Part shown: positions 51,517 to 64,000 of the stretch, one piece after another
Position numbering within the stretch: the stretch's first letter is position 1
How the letters are laid out: every line of letters starts with the position of its first letter
Assembly (NCBI GenBank): GCA_951406725.2
Contig: OX597820.1
Span: 37,758,001-37,822,000 of the forward strand
Origin: Octopus vulgaris
Taxonomy: Eukaryota
Reading direction: 5' to 3'
Length of the DNA: 64,000 nt
The notes under the pieces: generated by a model
What the model was told of the DNA's origin: nothing
Database searches by the model: none
Seen by the model: the letters and a program-made list of their open reading frames with translations, nothing else
Translations under genes and position numbers: made by a program

Positions 51517-53116
51517 CGCGCCTGCGTGTTTGTGTTTGTATGTATCATAGGAATTTCATTTCGACATCAATAACAGTAATGAGTTACATGCTATATTTTA
51601 TAAAAAAAAAAAAAATTACTCTGTCATGCTGGTAAACTGAGCTTGAAGAATAGACATATTAGATGGCGTCGCTATTTCAAACATTGAAGGTTATTAATTA
51701 AAAAAAAAAAGAAGAAATTTATAGTCACTGTAACGATGAGAGCATAAACATCTAATCAGAAATTGTTATGCAATAAGGTAAAGACGACATAAACTGGATA
51801 ACTAATGTAACTTGAATAATTTCAGCGTGTATTTTGCTGAGGAGGTTTAATATGTCGGAAGCATAACCGGAGTTATCTCGTGTAATAATTGATTAACCTT
51901 TGAAAAAATATTGATAACAATTAAGGAGCATAGGCTTGAGACGTCAAAGGCATTTCTATTTTTCCTGACCGTCAAACTAATACACCTGCTTGTTGTTTCC
52001 TCACGTGTCTCTGTCTTTCGTTTTCTATACATTTGAACCTTTGTTTTTTTCCCTTTCTCCAAAAAAACATAAAAAATTTTTCCTCATCTAAACAAAGCAT
52101 AAAACGTCCATAAAAGAACGAACAAAAAACAAAGCAAAAAATAAAATGTCACATTCACCAAGGATACGCTGTTTTTATGATTTTGATTTTAATTCTTATC
52201 GTGAAGAGTTCGTCTAAACGAACGAAAGCGCTTATAATAAAGCATTATATAATAAAGAATTATCCAAAATTCTGACTGCTTCCTTTTCTCTCGATACACA
52301 CACACGCACAAACACACACAGACACTCACACACACAGACACACGCATGCACGCACGCATGTATATGCATGAATGCATGAATGCATGTATGTGTGTATGTT
52401 TTTGTATGAAAAATTTTTTGAATATGTTTGCAAGGAAGGAGCTGGTTTCTAACAAAATCCGAAACTCTATCGCTTTGAATAACACAATCTGTTAGTCAAC
52501 ATCATCATAGTATACAATATCCAAGACCGATGATCAATTGACTAAGATTCTTGCATATTTAACATGATTAAAAGTACAATGAGCGAAGAAAAATATCTCG
52601 TCTGTGTCAATGGCATTAATTTAGATAAATATATCAAGAGACATTGAATACTGCATGTAACAATTTCTTAATTAAGTTCTTAATTGAAAAAGAAAGCAAC
52701 ATATACTTACCTTGTTCAAAGCGTGAAAATTGATTGTAGGAGATTAATTCTTAATTTCACAAAATTATTTCTTTTTTCTTCGAGAATTGTTAAAAATTAC
52801 TAGTCGATTTTCGTTATATTTTCATCTAAGAAGATTTCGAGTGTACTACAATTTTTACGAACGGCATTAAGTGCAACATTCTAAATTTATGGTGGAAACG
52901 GTTATGTCATTCTTGAAATTTATTTTAGAAATGCGATATGAAGGAAAAAATATAAGCATTTTGGGCAATCTGAAGAATGCACAAACATTTAAAAAAGAAG
53001 AGTCAAGTTACTGCCCGCTCTCACTTACTGGGAAAAGATCTCCAAATCATTACATTCCTCGTCATAATTGTCCATCCATCCATCCATTTTTACCGCCTAC
53101 TAAAAAAAGGCTGAGT

Positions 53117-53525
53117 AGACGCAGGAGTGGCTGTGTGGTAAGTAGCTTGCTTACCAACCACATGGTTCCGTGTTCAGTCTCACTGCGTGGCACTTTGGGC
53201 AAGTGTCTTCTACTATAGACTCGGGCTAACCAAAGCCTTGTGAGTGGATTTGATAGACGGAAACTGAAAGAAGCCCGTCGTATATATGTATATGTATATG
53301 TATATGTATAAATGTGTGTTTGTGTGTCTGTCTTTGTCCCCCCAACATCACTTGACAACCGATGGCGGTGAGTTTTATGTCCCCGCAACTTAGCGGTTCG
53401 GCAAAAACCCTCCGATAGAATAAGTCCTAGGCTTGTAAAGAATAAGTCCTGGGCTCGATTTGCTCGACTAAAGGCGGTGCTCTAGCATGGCCGCAGTCAA
53501 ATGGCTAAAACAAGTAAAAGAGTAA
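53117..53525 (+). mobile_element. Full-length family B CORE-like SINE
   Basis: Head, core, internal microsatellite and tail all present. Confidence 0.93.
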
Positions 53526-53926
53526 AAAAAAAAAAAGAGAGAGAGAGAGAGAGAGTTTTAGATCCCAGTTCATGGATATATTACGGAAACAAAAACAGGT
53601 CAATTAGCAAAAAAAAAGTGCAAAGTTGAATAATAGGAAATCTATCTCAAGTAAAATCATTTAAAAATTAATCAGTCAAACGTGGATAGATACTGAGAAG
53701 AATCAATAGATAAGCTATCAAACGTTAACCTTCCATTAATTCTACCAGATTTATGATCTTACAAAACTTATCAGTTTGTGAACTATGTAACTAAACAAGA
53801 ATTTTGTTGGCCTCCAACGGATCATATTTTACTAAATTATACTAGTGTTATCATAAAGATAAAGCATTTGACATTTGGTTTTGTTTTTTTATATGATGAT
53901 TAATTAATTGATGCATCTTGTTTTGC

Positions 53927-54524
<598 letters not shown>

Positions 54525-54554
54525 TTATATATATATATATATATATATATAACA

Positions 54555-54771
54555 TTCTTTTATTCTTTTATTGGTTCCAGTCATTTGACTTCGGCCATGT
54601 TGGTGCACCGTCTTTAGTCGAACAAATTGACTCCAGGACTTATTCTTTGTAAGCATAGTACTTGTTCTATCGGTCTCGGTTGTCGAACCGCTAAGTTAGG
54701 GGGGGGGGCGAAAATACACCAACATCGGTTGTCAAGCGATGGTGGGGGCACAAACACAGATACACAGACAT

Positions 54772-54775
<4 letters not shown>
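54555..54775 (-). mobile_element. Family B SINE 3' half
   Basis: Matches 26171-26390. Confidence 0.85.
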
Positions 54776-54821
<46 letters not shown>

Positions 54822-55284
54822 CAAGGTAGTCAGAATTTGGATAAATATTATTATTGAGCGCTTTTATCTCCTTCAGGGATTCATCATGAATTGTGTGCTG
54901 TTAAAAATGTATTCCTTTTTATACCACATATGTGAGTTAGCTGAAAAAGGTAAAAAAGTTATATTTGCTTTCTTAGATTTGAAAAAAATGGTGTTTAGGA
55001 GCCGTTATTTGTAATGTTCTTTGTCATTTTGAATCTATATGTGTATGTATGTGTGTGCATGTGTTTATGGTGCATTTTTAAAACAAAGTATATACATGAG
55101 AATTTTGGAGGTTTGCTTGTAGAAGCAAGAGAAACAAAAAATTGGACGGTGTGTTCTGGGATGGTTGATTTGATGACAAATAAAAAGAGGCCAAACTTTT
55201 TATCCATTACAATAAATTATTGCCCTTGGTCATTAAATCGCTGACAGGGTTCTCTTGGTTACCTGCTTAGCTATTTATTTATCT

Positions 55285-55586
55285 ATGCGCCCTTTTGAAG
55301 CCTGACCAGGCTGATGGGCCCGGTTTCCCGGTTTCTGTGGCGTATGTGTTCTCCCCAGCTGGATGGGACACCAGTCCACCGCAGCGTTACTCAAGAAACA
55401 AGAAGAAAGAGTGAGAGAAAGTTGTGGCAAAAGAGTACAACAGGGGTCGCCCCCCTCCCCCCAGCCGGAGCCTCGTGGAGCTTTAAGTGCTTTTGCCCAA
55501 TAAACACACGACGCCCGGTCTGGGAATCGAAACCGCGATCCTCCGACCGCGTGTCCGCTGCCCTAACCACTGGGCCATTGCGCCTC
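55285..55586 (-). mobile_element. Family C SINE with TSD
   Basis: CTGCTTAGCTAT at 55263-55274 and 55587-55598. Confidence 0.92.
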
Positions 55587-55634
55587 CTGCTTAGCTATAG
55601 ATTTCACAAAATTTTTGGGAAGGCTTTAAATGTG

Positions 55635-55722
55635 TGGATATTATTAACGATGATGTTCTTATTATTGCCACTAAAATTACTGGAGTAACTCCGAAAGTCA
55701 ACACACAACACTCTCTAATACA

Positions 55723-55756
<34 letters not shown>

Positions 55757-55859
55757 ATGTGTCAGTGTGTGTATTAGAGAATGTTGTGTGTTGACTGTTT
55801 CAGAGTTACTTCAGTAATTTTAGTGACAGTGATAAGAACATCATCACTAATAATATCCA
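55635..55859. repeat. Imperfect inverted repeat of about 88 bp around a (TG)n spacer
   Basis: 55635-55722 pairs with 55770-55859. Confidence 0.9.
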
Positions 55860-56366
55860 GTGATTATTTGGTTTGGTTAATCTGGAAAAGAATTTCTTTT
55901 AATAAAAATTCTCAGGTTTTTATAAATATACTTTTTACACGTTTAGTTTTGTGTGAATTTTTTTATTAAACATATTTCCATTTCGTTTTTGAATTTGGTT
56001 TGCAAGATAGAAATAAGAAATAAGTGGAAATTTTACCGGTGAGTGTATTAAATTATAAGGCACAAAAAGAAAATGACTCTCCCCAGACACAACAGAGTAT
56101 TTCCATTTCCTTCCGGTATTGTGGATCATCCCTTGGGCTTTTATAAATGATAAGATCTTGTATGTTTAATCCGCATATTTGTAGACGTTTGTAAACACAC
56201 ATATACACACACAGAGAAACATACATACACAGAAGATTCTAAACTTAACACCACACTCTTTTAATTATTATGCTTAGCTTCATAGAGCTTTAGCGTTTTT
56301 CAGAAATTCTAAAACTTGATTTCTTATTCATATAACGACACTTTAAGAGTATCGCACAGATACTTA

Positions 56367-57534
56367 CAGCCTTGGCCAAAAGTATTAGGTCACCCCAATG
56401 TTTTGGGGTTCTGCTATCTCAATGTTAATGAAACTCATGCACATGGTACATTATGGTATATTTCACAATACACATCGGTTTTAATATCTGGCTGACCCTC
56501 CTTTAGCATCAGTTACCGCTTTTATACGATTAGGCATTGAATCAACTAGTTTCTTGCAGGTGCTATGCACAATTTTACTCCATTCTTCTCTCAACTTTTG
56601 TTACAAATGCTCTTTATTTTTAATTGTTGTGTTCCTGATAGCTTCACCAAGAGTTCCCTATAGGTGTTCAATTGGATTTAGATCGGGACCTTGAGCTGGC
56701 CAGTCCGTGGAAACAATACTCTGTCTTAAACCAATTGATGAGTATTCTTTGCTGTATGAGAGCGTTGTCCTGTTGAACAGGACAAGGCTGTTTTTTCGAC
56801 ACTCCTGGATGCAATTTAGCAATTGATGGCTCTAAAACATCTGATAAAGTAGAAACATAACTGAATTTATCCTTCCCTGACATAAAAACATTTCTCCAGG
56901 TCCTGTGACAGAACATGCAGACCCACACCATGATAGAACTAGACATTCAGCCTTAAATGCTTCCCCAACTCTGCAATGCACGTAAGTTGCACCAGATGTA
57001 CCGAAAACCTGAGTAAAACATGAAAAATAACATTAGCTTTATGTTGGATACTTTTTTAAATATTTTGGGCAACAAACCAGTTACGTTAAGTTTATATGTT
57101 GATTGAATACATGTACTATCTTACCTCATAGTTATTTTCATCAGACCATATGGCTTTTGACCATTGCTCACTGGCCCAATTTGAGTGGTTTTTGGCCTAG
57201 TGAAGACATTTTTCCATATTCGCTTCAGAAACCCATGGCTTCTTCCTGGCTTTACAGCGTTTCAAACCGTACTCTACAAGCCTTCTTCTAACAGTTCTGG
57301 TTGATATTTGTATAGTATTTGCCTTGTTGAAGTCTGCACAGAGCTCCGACGATGTTTTTTTTCTGTGTCTGAGCAAATGACAGATGATGGATCTGTCATC
57401 ACAAGGTGATGTAACCTTTTTTCTGCCTGTTCTTTGCATTGTCTTCACATCTTTTGTCTCTCTGAAGTGCTTGAGAGTCGTTTGCACCCACATCGAGAAC
57501 ATTTGGGGTGGCTTAATACTTTTGGCCATGGCTG
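56367..57534 (-). mobile_element. Tc1-like DNA transposon, decayed, with an intron in the transposase
   Basis: TA|CAGCCTTGGCCAAAAGTATTA..TAATACTTTTGGCCATGGCTG|TA; RTGRKKVTS..ISTRTVRRRLVEYGL..KARKKP, WSDE, QQDNA, WPAQGPDLNPIEH. Confidence 0.93.
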
Positions 57535-57639
57535 TATATATAATTTTATAAATCTGAAACCTGGACGAAAAGAATTCACTTTAGAGGAATACACAGTCGG
57601 TTCGGTATTTCATTTACAATCACAGACACATCTTTTATC

Positions 57640-58080
57640 TTTATCTTTTATTTGTTTCAGTCATGACGCCATGGCCATTCTGGGGTACCGTCCTTAGCCG
57701 AACTTTAGCTGAACAGCTTGGTTCCAGACCTTATTATTCATGCCTGGTGCTTATTCTATCGGTTATTTTTGCCGAAATGCTAAGTTACGGGAACGTAAAG
57801 TCACCAACAACGGTTGTCAAGCAGTAATGCAACAGAGACAAAGACACACGCATCCTCCATACATATATACATGTATACATACACACATGCATACATACAT
57901 ACATACATACATGCATACATACATACATACATACATACATACATACATACATACGTACATACATACATACGGAGATAGATACATGATGGATTTCTTTCAG
58001 GATCCGGCTACCAAATTCACTCACAAGGATTGAACTATCTGGTTGAGAAGCTAACTTCTTACCACACAGCTATGCCTGCA
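57640..58080 (-). mobile_element. Decayed family B SINE with internal (CATA)n
   Basis: Tail and head blocks recognisable. Confidence 0.8.
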
Positions 58081-58587
58081 CATTAATGAATTAAATTTTA
58101 ATTTGCATTCATCCAATAAATGTTCATACAACCAATAAATGCATTGCATAGTTTTCTGATTGATATAATTTTCTATCCTGATTTTGGGACCCAGTGCATG
58201 AATAGATTGCCGTCCCACTTTCTCAGGTTGTAGATAAAATGTCTACCTCTTTATTAACACAATAATGTGATTTGCTGGGTGGTAATTGCGCAGCTATTTT
58301 TAGCAGGTTGATCGACAACATAGATGCTTACCTGGTGGCCTACGTCAGGCGATTTTACAGGTACACACCTGGTTATCTCGATAGTTGTCTCTCCTGCCGG
58401 AATTTATAAATGATGGATGTGTGTTCTAGTTCGCGAGTATAGAGTTGTTTACATGAGCACTGGATGCAGGTTTACCAAATTGATCCTGCAGTCCGGTATG
58501 GTTAATACTAACAGCAATGTTGCTGACACTAGAACAGCAACTGAAGCTCACCCTTAGGGTTTTGTTTATTCAATTACTTACGCAGCT

Positions 58588-61500
58588 TGTTGATGTCGAG
58601 GAAATGTTTTGACATCAAATTTAGAAAGTTTTAGTAGCCTAGACTACATAAGAGTTAACATTGAGGTTTCAGTTACATTTTTTGAGCATTTTCTTATAAG
58701 ATGCATACTTTTTGGAAAGAATACAAGAAGCAAATAAATCTTATTTGACGTTTATTACCAAACATCTTTATTCATAAGATATTGATTGTCTGAAACGAAT
58801 CAGAATAATAATATAAACAAGACAGGATAATAATATATAAACGAAAAGTTAAAGATTGTTATCTAATAATATACCCAATGATTAATGGGGATATATTACA
58901 ATATTTCCTGGTTTAAGAAAACTCTACACTATCTTGTTTTTTTCAAAAAGTCTTTCAGGGCGCGTAACGTCGTGGTCAGAATGTCACACTTCATTACTTT
59001 TGTATGGAAGGTGAGATAATTGGCCAGACGGAACACTTTTGTTGGCTTTGCACAAATATAATTAATACTCGATTGAATGACTCGAACATTAATAGCGGAA
59101 ATAAAATTTAGCGTTGTACTATTAGCGGGTTCATCAAGAATAGAGGAACTGTCAGCTCGAACTTCAATCTCATCTGGAATTTGTCTATTCGATTCCTGAC
59201 TATTTGTCAATTCGGTTTACAGTTGCATCCTTATTTTCAAAGTATGGGGTTAAATAATGAAGTGAAACCGTAGTTTACTGTCAACTGCGAACTAAAGTTC
59301 GCCTCTGCGAACTAAAGCGTATTTATTGTTTGCTTCAGTTAATTCTCTAGGTTGTGTTAGCGAATTACACTTTGAATTAAGCTCTATTCTTTCCAGAACT
59401 ACTGCCTTTCCAGAGTAAGTTTGCTGCTAAGGTAAACATTTCCTGAATATTTTACTTCAATCAAAACTGATGAAAACTTAATGTAGTGTGCTGCGGTTAT
59501 TAGTGTGTAAAAGAGTACAGATCGTCAGGTACAACTAATTCCCATTAGATGTTAGGCAAATCGTTTTAAGCTGTTAGAAGTCGAACTAGTCTTCAAACGT
59601 TACCGTTCATGCGTTCACATTGACTCTTCTTTTGTGCATTGTATGATATAAATGGACAAAGTTATTGCTTGAGTACAATCTGTCTGCATCAGAGAATACT
59701 GAGGACCAACCTGTGATCAGAACAGATGAAAATAGGATAACCAGACTGCGAATAGACAAAATGAAAAGGGTGAATAGTCATCGATAATTGTTAATAATGT
59801 ACATGTTTAATGTTAGCGAAAAAACTCGAAATCAATGCTAAGTCTTTCGAAGGACTTAGTTGTTTTATCCAGCTGGTAGCTTGTGTTACTGAAATATTGA
59901 GGTTTAATTTGTCAACAGATGTAACATTATTACATGTTTATCAACTGGGCTTCTTCAATCGTGTACGGAAGATGGGTCCTCTTTCATAGAATGAGCCAAC
60001 TTCATTATTGCCATACGTTCTAGCTGATCATAATATTGTTTCGTCGGTAGTGTAGTAGTGATGGTCGAATACACCTGAGAAAACATATTCGAATCGAAAG
60101 AATGCCCCCAACATTTCCTTGCGTCACTTTGAATTTCATTATTTTTGCTTTTAGATTGTTTACTGGTACCAAGTAAGAAATTCAGTATCTGCACATCGGT
60201 CTCAATTGAGCAGAGGTGAAAATTAATCTTTTATGATTTCCTCTACTTCTTTCTTCGCTGCAGAATTACGAGTTTCTGAATTTGACAAAGTGCAAGAAGA
60301 GAAAGCTACCGGCCAGTTGTCTTAACTAAATGTTTCATTAATTGGAATGCTTTATCTGCATCGATATTAACCAAAACAAATTCATTTCTGTGATGTAACG
60401 AATTACTGATTCGAATACCGTAAATCCTCGAGTATAATCCGCATTTCCCCCCAAAATTTAAAGGTCAAAATCCCTAGTGCGTACTATATACGAGGTTAAA
60501 AATGATAAATATTTTCTAAGCAATGTCCGAGTTTCTATTTGCTGTTCGGCAATGTTTATTCAGACGCATTTTGTGATGTCGGGCGCGAAAATACCTTAAG
60601 CTAAGCCTGAAAGCAATGGAGTCATAAAAAGAATCATCCATAACTTGCAGTAAGCAACATTTATTAAAATAAAAGTATTCCGAACACAGAATAACATGTA
60701 ACAAAAACAATTTGCAAACATATTTACATTCCCATATAACAGTTAAGAACATCACCATTATTGTATTGCGCATGCGCAGAAGTATTTGTTCGACTAGGTG
60801 CTGCTGGCTTAATTACGCACGACTCAAGTTAGAGAAGGGGTGCGTATTATACACAAGGTTTAGATTCTTCAGAAGTACAGCCCCCTAAAAATCCCCTGCG
60901 TATTATACTCAAGGGCGCTCGATACTCGAGGATTTACAGTACCTTTATTTCATGCAATCTAAGAGGAAATCTTTTGCATATTGTTAAAAAACGTTTTGAA
61001 AAAATTTAATACAAAAAGCCCAAGCAAATATCTATTGAGGGTAGTTAAACCATACATTATAGAAATTTCCACTTCGTAGAGAAAACTTTCTATACACTTT
61101 GGATCAGGTCGAAGCGATTGGTAAGAAATTTTATAACCACAAATGGCTAACTTTTGTCGTAAATATACTGCTACTTCTTATAGTTAAACGTAGACCTACC
61201 TGACGAGGTACTTCTATTTGTTTATCATTGCAACGTTTGTATTCCTCTTGAAAATCTCTAGAAACAGTGATGTTACCTATGGAAGTAAAAGTATTGTCTA
61301 GTTTGTACTTATCAATGATTTTATCAATCAACTCAATGAAAACATGATACTACTTTCGTAACACTAAAACAAAATCTAGAGATGTTGAAGCTTATCCAAG
61401 AATTTTAACCTAGCTTTCATTTGATGGCATGTAGTCTGAAGAAAGTTTTGAAAATTAAGCGTGGCATTGGGTTCGTTATTAAGTTACCACATGGCTATAA

Positions 61501-63110
61501 CCTACAATTGATCTTCCCATTCTTGGCTGCATGTACTGTGCCTACCGTGCCAAACGAAGTGGTTTAAGGACATCGATGTATCGTAATTGACAGACTTCAT
61601 CTGTATTAAACTGTCGGAATAGTGTAGAAATAGGTTTTGCAGCATTAAAGTGTACGAACCAGCTTTATTAGCTGATTTTAAAAGACGCTAAATATTATTG
61701 ATCATAAAATTTTCATTAATTTCATTAAATTCGACAAACACTTTTGAATGTCATTGCCAAGAAGATAGCTTTTGTTTTGAAGTTTTATGATATTTGAGCA
61801 CTTTTATCTATATATCCAATTTTCGATTAGGCGGTTATAAATTTTTCTTCGTTATTTTCTATATGAAAAAAAGGGGAGGATTTTTTTGTTTCCCATGTGT
61901 TCGTCATTATAAGATTGGATAGCTTTAGTGTCAAACATAGCAGTTTATCAGTAGATATTGCTTTTATAACATGATTAGAGTCTCCATTTATTCGTGGCAT
62001 GAAATGTGGCAAAAAATTAGTCTTACTCGACTGATGAACAGACACCGTGCTCTTGTGAAATATGATTGTAATATTTTCTAGACTTTTGTATTAGCTGTTT
62101 TCTTTTCATTGAGTTGCAAACATATTCAAAATGCCTCTTTAAATGGCAAACACCAACATTTGGATTGTCTAGCAGATTAGCTCACACTTCCACGATACGA
62201 AATACATCGCTATAGAAGCTACATGTGCTTTTATTTTGTAATAAACATTGCTTTTTACTTTGAATAGATGCCAAACAATTTTCATTTAAATCCTTGACTT
62301 TAAAAAAATTCATTTTCCATAGTGATTATCAGAGACGTGTGTTTGAATATGAGAACATTTGAAACTATAACCTGAAGGCCAGGATGTGCAAGTGGTAATA
62401 CTTCTTTCCGAATGTCATCATTAGAATTTCTGCAGTAAAAGAATTGCGTACAACCGTCGTTTTTGAACTAAGATTCTACAGCTTGATATTTCAATGGCTC
62501 CAGAAAAAGTTACAACGTTTCGATTTTAGGCCGATTTTTCGTTTTATCAATAAATTATCATAAGAGATACTGAGCAGCGAGTAAGTTACACGGTCAGCCA
62601 TTGACTAAGATATCAAGAGTTCATTGATAAGCTTCTCAACTATGAATACGACGGAAGATATCATCATAAAAAATAACGATTTATCAGCACCTCTGAAAAG
62701 TTGCCATAACGATTTGAACCCAGCGCATAAGCATCAATAATAAAACAGATCAGTTTAAATAGCCTTGTGATATCATAGTCCCGTGGTCGTGCTGAAATGT
62801 TTTTCTTGCTTTGGCTCGCAAAAGTATAAAATGTTATGAACTGGCATTTAATTTCCAGCTTGCGCTCACGGAGTGGATTATGGTTGATCGGTAAATTGTC
62901 ATGAAAAGAATACGCGAAGCAAATAAATCTCACTATTTGACTTTTATTACAAAACAATCATCGACAACAACTTTATTCATAAGACGGTGATTGTCTGAAA
63001 ATGAAACCAGAATAATAACAACATAAACAATAAATGATAATAATATATTAAGAAAAGTTAACGACAGCTATCTCACAATAAACTCGACGATTAATGGGAG
63101 TTTTATTACA
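58588..63110 (-). mobile_element. Heavily decayed Ty3/gypsy LTR retrotransposon; LTRs at about 58588-58900 and 62766-63110
   Basis: Diverged direct repeats with TG..CA ends; RT remnant RFCFSVT, IDKIIDKYKLDNTFTSIGNITVSRDFQEE..GLRL; integrase remnants LTIIDDYS, QCERM. Confidence 0.75.
60418..60939. mobile_element. pogo/Tc1-type MITE nested in the gypsy element
   Basis: TA|CCGTAAATCCTCGAGTAT..ATACTCGAGGATTTACAG|TA; subterminal TGCGTATTATAC repeats. Confidence 0.9.
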
Positions 63111-63390
63111 CATCATTTGTGCGTGACTGTATATTTATATATATGTGTATGTTTGTGTGTGTGTGTGTGTGTGTATGCTAACGGGCCTCCTATATTATTT
63201 ATACATGTATATATATATATATATATATTTATATACATTGTATATATATATATGTATATACATACACACATGTATATGTATATACATTATATACATGTTT
63301 ATATATATATATATATATATATTTATATACATTGCATAAATATATATTTATATACATACACACATGTATATGTATATACATTATATACAT

Positions 63391-63455
<65 letters not shown>

Positions 63456-63460
63456 TCGGA

Positions 63461-63522
<62 letters not shown>

Positions 63523-63539
63523 ACGTATATCGTTTTATT

Positions 63540-63770
63540 TATTTTAGCTATTGGACTGCAGTCATGCTGGGGCACCGCTGTGTAAGGTTTAGTCGAATAA
63601 ATCGACCTCCAGACACACACGCGCGCACTCCGTCACATCGATATACATATACAACAGGCTTCTTTCAGTTTCTCTACCAAATCCACTTGCAAGGCTTTGA
63701 CCAGCCCAAGACTATAATAGAAGACACCTGCCCAAGGTGCCACGTAGTGAAACTGAACCCGGAACTACAT
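63540..63770 (-). mobile_element. Decayed family B SINE
   Basis: GACTGCAGTCATGCTGGGGCACCG and GAAGACACCTGCCCAAGGTGCCAC blocks. Confidence 0.8.
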
Positions 63771-64000
63771 GTTTGTATAACTGAGGGCATATCCTATATA
63801 AATAGCAATGGACCTCAGACAGTTCTCTGTGAAATTCCACTCAATATCAACGTTTCCTTTGATAAAGCATCGTTGACCACAACCGTCTAGCTTAGAAAAA
63901 AAAAGCCATATAGACCGGCTCTTAGTTTTCCAACTATATCAAGATCATGCAGGTGATGACACAGCATCTGCGGTCAGTTGTAGTCAGCTGTGGTCAGCTT

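Overview
AT-rich, repeat-saturated animal genomic DNA. The SINE families and microsatellite spectrum look like an octopod cephalopod (inference from memory, not a database result). No host protein-coding gene can be called with confidence, and most listed ORFs are microsatellite or SINE artefacts. The window holds many tRNA-derived SINEs (at least four families), decayed L1/Tx1, CR1-like, RTE and RLE-type (R4/Dong-like) LINE fragments, several Penelope-like elements (PLEs), a decayed Ty3/gypsy LTR element, Tc1/mariner and hAT elements or MITEs, and a non-autonomous Helitron. The best find is a retrozyme-like element at 11842-12620. It has two identical 285-bp direct repeats (494-bp period), each carrying a complete canonical type I hammerhead ribozyme on the minus strand, and it sits in the (TA)n tract of a SINE; self-cleavage would release a 494-nt, potentially circular RNA. 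Further PLE-associated hammerheads occur, two with a compensatory U3-A8 core and one as a back-to-back inverted pair. There is also an unexplained hairpin-dense segment at about 9995-10424 and an intron-containing Tc1 transposase.
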